Source: Phoronis australis (taxonomy: Eukaryota > Animalia > Phoronida). From it: a stretch of 59,693 nt of DNA. Every line of letters starts with the position of its first letter. Position 1 is the stretch's first letter. Shown here piece by piece: positions 51,041-59,693 of the stretch. The position numbers and the translations under genes were made by a program. The notes under the pieces were generated by a model. The model made no database searches and was not told the DNA's origin. It was given only the letters and a program-made list of their open reading frames with translations. The DNA lies in assembly GCA_002633005.1 (NCBI GenBank), contig NMRA01000300.1:481390-541082 (forward strand), in the 5' to 3' direction.

Positions 51041-54000
51041 NTTTTTTTCCTTTTAAATGGCATTGAATGGTTCAGCAGCTGTATCTATCTCGTCATTGCA
51101 AATCAATATGAAAATTTTACTGGGATTCATATCATCAGAATACAAGAAATGCACTAACTTTTTCGTGGTTACAAACGGCAAGATTTATATGATCAGTGGA
51201 TGCATCAAAAATAGATTCAGTGGTATACGAATGTATGTCGGACTTACTGCTGGCGGTTTATCACCTCCATGTTCGCTAGAAAACCGTACACTTGACGGAT
51301 TAGCAATTCTCCAAAGTATCCTGATTTCGTGTATCTCATAATTACAGTTTTTGACGTGATTACCAGCTAAAGAGAGAGCGTTTCTTTTGCCGATTCACGT
51401 TCCTGTGGAAGAAAAAATAAAAGAGTCATTACTGTGTTTGCCAACTTGAAAGCGTGTGTTCAAAATTATTAGAAGACTTTTCAGAAGTTAGAATCAAGAA
51501 CAAAAGCTATTGTGGCTATACTGTCGCACGCCACATCAAGTAGGCCTAGCTGTCGATGTTGACGATATATCTGATAGTTATGATAATTACGTGAAGGACC
51601 GCTGCAGACCTACAGTTTTTTCAAAAGCTGTAGGCCTGCTTTTAAAAAAGCAGGGAGTTGGGTCATTCAATCTTATGCGGAAAAGGGCAGACTATTGTAC
51701 CACTTGAAACTGTCTACAATATATCCGATGGTTTGTACAGTTACCAGACTGGCCGCGTAATTATAATGACGACACAGTCTAATCTGACTTAGTCAAACTC
51801 TTGCCCTTCTAAATGTTCTCAAGTTTCAGATAACTCCCTGTTGCCAATCTTGCCACCCCGAGAAGCAGCAACCAGAAATTGGGTACTCATGTTGCAACAA
51901 ATCTCATGAGAAACAATCACTTTCATACAGTAACACATTATGCGTTGAATGTCTGGTTTTGCAGTCAAAAAGTTACGTCTCAAATCACTCTTTATAGGCC
52001 GCATAAAAGTAACGTGCGAAACACCTGCCATGTGCTGTGAAATCGTCCATATAATTAGTCTAATTAAACGGGAAATAGCATCACATAGTGCATGAGTAGA
52101 CAGCACTTCGTTTCAGTTGCGAAGGATAGTTTCCGTGAGGCATACCTGTACACTCGAGCCAATTCCACAACTGTCCTTTGACACAGCGCCACCTAGCTGT
52201 ACTGAAAAGTGACCCTGTATTAATATGATCGACGACGAACACACTTAATTCTGTATGTGGGCATCAATGCGGATGCCTTGGTCGAACGTAAACCGATCAC
52301 ATGGCTACCGCTTGCACTGTACTTGTTTGAACTTAAGCCACGGGATCGGTTTTCCCTTCATTTTGTTTACTTCTATGTTTGCTCGTTTTAATAAATTGCA
52401 ACTATTCATGTCAAAGGTAGTCGGTACAAGCTAACAGTAAACAGACTTTTTCATGTTTACAAACAACACTTGCACATATCAGCTGACTCTTCAAAAATAG
52501 GTTCAGTATTGTCCGAGTACATATCAGACGTGCTGCTCAGAATGACGGTTGATCACCTTCATGTTCGCTAGAAAACCGCTCACTTGACAGGTAATCACTT
52601 CTTCAAATTATCCTGATTTCGTTTACTTCATAATTAGAGTTTTTGACGGGGTTACCGGCCAAAGAGAGAATTTTCTTTTGCTCGTTCACGTTCCTGTAAC
52701 GGCGAAAATGAGTGAACAGTTATTACACTGCGTGCGAAAACAAGACCGTGTGTTCGAAATTATGAGAAGACTTGAAGACGTTGGAATCACTAAATTTTGT
52801 TACGGCATATATTGTAGCACTCCACACCAAGTAGGCCCAATTGACGATATTAACGGTATATCTGATAGTCGTAATAATAGTTAGCTGCACGGTTGCTGCA
52901 GCCCTACAGCTTAAAAGCTGGGAGGAGGACCAGTCAATCTACTGTGCAAAAGACACAGTCTTGGACCACTGAAACTGTCTACAGTATACCCGATCGTTTG
53001 CATAGGTAACACACTGGCCGCGCATTTATAAAGAAGGTCCAAACTAATCTGACTTAGTCATACTCTTGCCCCTCGCTGTGGTCTCAAGTACCTTGCCAAT
53101 CTTGCCTTTTTTTGCCCCTGTTTAAAGGGCTGCAAAACAGTGGTATTGGATGACACAGTTCACTGATTGTTTTTACGGGACTCTACATTCTAGTCCATGT
53201 GGCCAGTTTGCTACTTTATTAAATTTAGAAATTGTATTGATATGATGTTGACCACGGACGACCACGACTTTCGGATGAATCGTTCTACCGTTTTGGCAAT
53301 TTAGTTTTGAGCCATTAACGTGAAAAGCACATACAATGGGCTGGGAAATCCACATAATTAGTGTAATTAAGGAAGAAATAGCATCACGTAGACAACACTT
53401 TTTTTAGAGACCAAAGATAGTTTCCTCGGTCCATGCCCGAGCCAAGACCACGAATAAATTGTAGCTCAACCTTATGACATATACAGCAAAATTTCATTTT
53501 ACATGATGCTGTTTGCTGGTGAAAATATAGCCGAAACTCGGTAATGTTTATCCTTCATTTACAGTCGAGTGACAATCAAGAAGAAACGGCGGAAGATCCT
53601 TCCAGCAAAAAGGTATGTCAATAACTTTCGTGTTGATGATTTATTTATACTTAGGATTGTGGATATTCGCAATTACTGTTAAATGCATACGATTCGTCTT
53701 ATTTGTTCTTATACATTTCTGCTTTCAGGAATATAAAACCAATACGCTTTTTGCGCTGTGACTTCTTGTCAGTTTTGGAGTTTTAGAATTGATTGTCTAA
53801 TTAATTGAAACTTTTAACGCTCTTACACCCACTTTTCGCAGCAAATTACAATTGAAATGAAGTGGTTCACTTCCATATGTAAGCCCTCGATTGCAAACTA
53901 AGAGGTACATAATAGCATTTTAAAATGGGTAAATAATCGGGACTTTCATGGTTTAACGACGTGTTCTGTTCGTAGCCATTTAAAACATCAAAATAGTTAA

Positions 54001-56210
54001 TGCTCTGAAGAAATACAACGTCAGTTGAATGCGGTCAGGGTTCCGAGACGCATGAAGATTTTTTCATTCCATTGGCACGGGATGATTTATCAATTGTATA
54101 TATCTCATCATTGCTGATCAATATGAAACCTTCACTGGGATTCACATCATTAGAATAATTGAATTGCATAGACTTTTTCAAGTGTATAAACCGCAAGATT
54201 TGTATGATCAGTGGATGCTTCAAAAATAGATTCAGTGGTGTACGAGTGCATATCGGAACACCGCTGAATGGTGGTTGATCACCTCCATGTTCGCTGATTT
54301 CGTGTATCTCATAATTAGATAATTTTGACGGGGTCAAAGGCTAAAGAGAAAATATTTCTTTTGTTGGTTCACGCTTCTGTTGCGGCGAAAAGTAGTGAGC
54401 AGTTATTACGTTGCATGCGAAAACAAGACTGTGTATTCGAAATTATGAGAAAACTTGAAAACGTTGGAACCAGTAAAAGTTTGTTCCGGCATATATTGTA
54501 CCACTCCACACCAAGTAGGCCTAACTGTCGACGTAAAAGGTATATCTGGTAGTTGTAATAATAAAAAGCTGCACGGTTGCTTCAGCCCTTCCGCTTAAAA
54601 GTTGGGAGTAGAACCATTCAATTTACTGTGCAAAAGACATAGTCTTGAACCACTGAAACTGTCTACAGTATACCCGATCGTTTGCATAGCTAACACACTG
54701 GCCGCGCATTTATAACAAAGGCCCAAACTAATCTGACTTAGTCAAACTCTTGCCCCTCACTGTGGTCTCAAGTTTCAGATTACTCTTTATTGCCACCGGT
54801 TCACCGCCCCTGTTCCTTGCCAATCTCACCACCCCGGGAGGCAGCCAACAGAAATTGGGTACCCGTGTTGCAACAAATTTCATGAGAAACGATCACTTTA
54901 TACATTAACCCAGTATGCGTTGAGTGTCTGGTATTGCAATCAGGTTGTCACATCATAAATCATTCTTTAAAGGTGTATATCATAAACGTGAGAAACTCAT
55001 ACAATGTGCTGGGAAATCCACATAATTAGTGTAATTAAGAAAGAAATAGCATCACATTGACAGCTCTTTGTTTTACTGAGTGACCAAAGATAGTTTCCTC
55101 GGTGCACGCCCGAGCCACGTCCACGATTAAATTGTAGCTCAACATTATGACGTATAAGCAAAAATGTAACCCTACATGCTGCTGTTTCCTTGTGAATATG
55201 AAGCCGGAAATCCGATGAGTCACAAAACAGAAGAAACGGCGGCAGGTCCTTCGAGCCGTGAGAAAAAAGCAATGCAAAACCTGGAGACCCAAGAATTTGT
55301 TAAGATAACACTGTCATTAGCTGAATAATACTTAAACACTTGTGAAAGATTCCAAGATAGGAAGAAATATGATGCAAGAATTAATTCAAACATTCCGATT
55401 TCACACTTGCTATAAATCTTCATTGCTTCATAACTTTTGATGACTATTCCAAAATACTTTATTGTTTACATGGATTCTAGAGCTGTAAGAATGGAAATTG
55501 AACCCATGACAACATGTATACAACTGTATATCCCAACTACTACTCAGCAGCTGCTGCATGAATATAAATCAACCACATCAACTGGTTCAACAAGCTCAAA
55601 CGAGACTCATATTACCATCTTTGATCAGCAAGCTATAAGAAACGAGTACACTGATAACTAGTATACAAATGAAAGCAAATAGTTAAAACGTGAAATTATG
55701 TACATTCGCGTTAACGTACTCTCTCCCAAATGGAACTGGGCCATTTGTAGCCGCTCTTGGAACTATTTCCGTGACAACGATAGGGCGCTCACAATCCGCT
55801 ATTTCAGATCACGTTCTCGCGCCACTTTCTGTTTTTAATCACCAGACCTGAGCTGAGCAGACATGCGTGTAGGTATGTCTTATGAGAAAGTCATTCAGCG
55901 ACGTAATCAGGTTATGAAATATGTAAAAAGTACAAAAATACTCTATTGTCGCAGGTCTTTGGTTTAGGGAGTCGTGGTTGATGGGGCTGAGTCAAAGGGG
56001 TTGTGGGTCGAGGGTGGTTGGGTCGAGGGCTTTTGAACAATCCGGCAGGTTTACAACTAACAAAACATAGAGTCTTTATTTTACAAGAGCAGACACAAAA
56101 ATTTGATGCAAATTGTGAGGATGCAGGTAACCAAGAAGATACAGGGATTAGTGTGCAATTGTTCTCAATCCCTGCCAGATGACAATTGTGACATTTATAT
56201 GAACACTTTT

Positions 56211-56620
56211 AGCCGATTTCAAAAAGGTGGTTCAACAAAACCTGGTTTAAGACTAGACTTAAATCTGGTCTTCCCAAACCTGGTCTTATTTTAGACCTAA
56301 CATGCATTTCACAAACGAGGGTTTTGTTAGACCAGGGAGCTTCAAAGTACCAAAGTCACTCCATTTTGTCGACCTGGATGAACCCAACAAAGAAACTATT
56401 GAAGTGCTTCAATGAAACCTTGGTCAAGAGGGTACACAATGGCACACAGCAATGAAATCAGTGCAGGCACTTGCGAAAAAGGTCTAAAGCTTTTCTCATG
56501 AGGAAAAATGTCCATTCCAGAACTGATCAGAGAAAAAGCAGCTGTTATATAAAACAAGAAAATTAGTGCCAAATCAACTCAACAGAAGCAGTAGCAAACC
56601 AGGTAGTATTATGAAGATTA
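56211..56620 (+). mobile_element. Harbinger-derived element, partial; relative of 27945-29226
   Basis: AGCCGATTTCAAAAAGGTGG..AAACCTGGT..TTTTGTTAGACCAGGGAGC..ATGGCACACAG. Confidence 0.7.
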
Positions 56621-56784
56621 TCGTCAAAATACAGCGACGTGCATCTTAGCTTTGGTACAAAACTGCATACTAAATATACAGATTTGCTCTGATATGGGTA
56701 TAAAAGTGGTAAGATAAAATCTGACACAAAATTAGTGTCATAAAAACACAGTCTTTCTTGAGTAAACTAAATTATTTAACGGTG

Positions 56785-57031
56785 TTGGATGAGCCCCCCC
56801 CCCCCCTTTNGGCGAGTTGGGCAAAAAGGCCCGCCTCAGTGAAACAAAAAGTCCGAGTAAACGAGACAAAAGTCCACAAAGTCCAAGGAATTGGGCGCGG
56901 ATGCACGATTGGCAGGCCTGAGCCTAATAGCCCCGTTTCTTTTATTTTTTAGTCCTCGTCCATTTTTGTCGCTAAAAAGTCCGCCTACCGAAGAATTCGA
57001 GTCCCATATACTTTAGGCTGGGTGCGCGCAC
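56785..57031 (+). mobile_element. MITE family F, 5'-truncated
   Basis: ATGAGCCCCCCC..GGCAAAAA..ACAAAAGTCCA..GAATTCGAG..GGCTGGGTGCGCGCA. Confidence 0.7.
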
Positions 57032-59630
57032 TACGCGCACTTTGCTGTTATTTTCAGTTACGCACTGTTCAAAGTTATCCACTAAATTGCGCCAACGTAT
57101 AAGCATCGGTATTTCGATCGTTTATTGATCTCCGGAAGAAGAAGAAGAAGAAAAACCATTGCAAATGCCCTAGCCGGGTCAGCGACTAAAATGTAAGTCA
57201 ACATGGTGACATACATATCGAAAAGTTGTTACCTCACATGCTGGCATTTGCTTTGAATCATATAGCCCAAGTTCTAAGTAAATCTCCGTTGTTTACAGGG
57301 TAGATCGACATGCAAGGAAGAAAAAATTGACAGACGTCGTGGCAGCGATGATGAGGCTCCAGGCTGTGCGTCCGTGGTTTCACTTCAAGAGGCGACGAAT
57401 CATAGCGACGACGGCAGAACATTCGAAGACTCTGCCACTGAATCGGTATGTTGTTTTACTTTAGTTATATGTGAACCGCGTCTGGTGTCCTGCGCTGCTC
57501 CTTTATTTGCTCCTGTTTTAAAGGCCTGCAAAACAGTGGTATTGGATGATACATTTCACTCATTGTTTTTACGGGACTCTACAGTTTAGTCCCTGTGGCC
57601 AGTTTGCTACTTTAATAAATTTAGAAACTCTTTTGATATGATGTTGACAACGGACGACCACGACTTTCGGATGAATCGTTCTACCGTTATTGCAATTTTA
57701 GTTTTTAAAGTTTAGAATATATCTGTATCTTCAAAAGCCCTAAGCGGTTTTATATAAAATTAGTCATATAAGCATTTGTTAGTGACATGAAGCTATCCTC
57801 ATGTTTTCGGATGGATTCGATGTATTTTGTGCCACCTAGTGGCTGTTTCTTACTGTTTTGATTCATTTTTGGCGTCCACACCTATATCAAACAAACCGCT
57901 CTAAGGATGATTGTGAAATTTGGCATGCATATTTTTGCTACAGTATACCCGATCGTTTTCATAGCTAACACACTGGCCTTGCATTTATAAGAAAGGCCCA
58001 AACTAATCAGACTTAGTCAAACTCTTGCCCCTCACTGTGGTCTCAAGTTTCAGATTACTCCTTATTGCCACCGGTACATCGCCCCTGTTCGTTGCCAATC
58101 TTGCCACCCCGGGAGGAAGCCAACATAAATTGGGTACCAGTGTTGCAACAAATTTCATGTGATGCAATCAATTTTATACATTAACACAGTATGCGTTGAG
58201 TATTTGGTTTTGCAATCATGATGTTACATCACTAATCATTAATTAGGTGTGTATATCATTAAGGTGAGAAACTCATACAATGTGCTGTGAAATCCACATA
58301 ATTGCTGTAATTAAAAAAGAAATAGCATGTTTTCTTGTGAATATGAAGCCGAAACTCCGAAACGGCGGAAGGTCCTTCCAGCCGTGAGAAATAAAGCAAT
58401 GTAAAACCTAAAGACGCAAGCATTAGTTGAGATAACACTGCCATTGACTGAATAATACTTAAACACTTGTGAGAGGTTTCAAGATCGAAAGAAATATGAT
58501 GCAAGAATTAATTCAAACATTGCCATTTGACACTTGGTATAAATCTTCATTGCTTCATAACTTTCGATGACCATTCCAAAATACTTTATTATTTACCTGG
58601 AGTCTAGAGCTGTAAGAATAGAAATTGAACCCATGACAACATGTATACAACTATAGATCCCAACTACTACTCAGCGGCTGTTCATTAGAGCTCAAACTGT
58701 TTTGATTTCTAGTCTCATCTCACAATGCATTTTGACGTGTACCTACACAGTTTGTTTTTCACTTTTTTTGCTAGTTTGAGTATGTGAGCGGTTTCCTTGA
58801 AATTGGTTTCAAGTAATAAACCGAAACGTCAGATCAACATGTCTTTATTTACTTTCGCGCTCACCTTGAAAATTCCTGCTTCTGTTTTGGCCTAAAACGA
58901 ATGTGATTAAATTCCGACCAAGCATGCGCGTTGAAGCCCACACACGGAATTCCGTGTGTCGTTCATCATATTTCTTCAATGCCACTTTTCAGTATAGGAC
59001 GCGCTGTGTCAGAGCGTAAGCTTGTCTCCTGCATTTGTTTGCACTTATATGAAGTTGACAACAGAGTACGACAACTTTTGGACGGTGTGCTCCCTCGTGG
59101 CAATTTTAGTTTTTACGATTGCATCAGTATCTTCAAGGGTCCAGTATAAGCGGCTCAGTCCCAACAAAGAGCACAGATGGGTCCTCTCTACACAATACTT
59201 GATTTTTATTTTAACTTGTGGATGTCCGCCTGGTGGCAAATACACCATTATAAGCTCGCGTCCGGGGTGTACTGCTCTGGAATGCGCAACGCTGTTTCAA
59301 GCCTTATCCAGTAGACTGCACACTTGTCTTTTTATTATACTGCAATGAACGTCTGGCATGGTCTTCGTATCAGGAACACATGCCACCGTCAGGTTTCATT
59401 AAAGATCCTTTGAATGGTTTAGCAGATTAAGAGGCGGACATAAAAAACCTACGCAAAAATGTCTACCTAATAATATAAGCAAGCAGTGTTTAATATATCT
59501 TTAATAAGAGCAAAAATGTCGAGAGATTCAGGAACTTGGCTGTATTTTGGATTTCACTAAGCCGACTGCACGCTGGAGGCCGGAACGAGCTTAGTTTTGT
59601 ACTCACGCAACACCATTCCCTTACAAAAAT

Positions 59631-59686
59631 GAACTTAAGTTTTCATCGAAAAACTTAAGTTTTTGGTCTGAAAAACTTAAGTTTTC
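59631..59686. repeat. Three palindromic AACTTAAGTT units
   Basis: GAACTTAAGTTTT, AAAAACTTAAGTTTTT and AAAAACTTAAGTTTT spaced 20-22 bp apart at the window edge. Confidence 0.7.
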
Positions 59687-59693
59687 ATTCCCG

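Larger units (their letters stand above)
45480..58680. repeat. Degenerate tandem array of a ~1.65 kb monomer with higher-order duplication and nested insertions
   Basis: CCACATAATTAGTGTAA-like motif at ~46490, 48139, 52047, 53350, 55019, 58295; ATCACCTCCATGTTCGCT-like x5; CTACAGTATACCCGATCGTTT-like x5. 46385-48760 closely matches 53248-55645. Confidence 0.85.

Overview
AT-rich, repeat-dominated eukaryotic DNA, most likely an invertebrate animal. The basis is Tx1/L1 LINEs, THAP-bearing DNA transposon relics, hAT/Harbinger/MULE/pogo-type MITEs and GT-AG splice signals. Only one long intact ORF is present: 20695..23442 (+), 915 aa, with no introns in the CDS. By motif recognition it resembles the bacterial TIGR04141/DUF6119 'sporadically distributed' family, with a C-terminal PD-(D/E)XK-like nuclease fold. 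It carries two large insertions, NLS-like basic tracts and a candidate TATA box plus 5'-UTR intron, so it is a candidate domesticated, horizontally acquired bacterial nuclease gene. The rest is nested transposon debris: several MITE families with 5-bp TSDs (hAT5-like, one carrying a tRNA-derived Pol III cassette); a large THAP-containing inverted-repeat structure (7.25-16.46 kb) with nested insertions; two dead LINEs; and a ~13 kb degenerate tandem array of a ~1.65 kb monomer (45.5-58.7 kb). All family assignments are by eye, and no database search was run.
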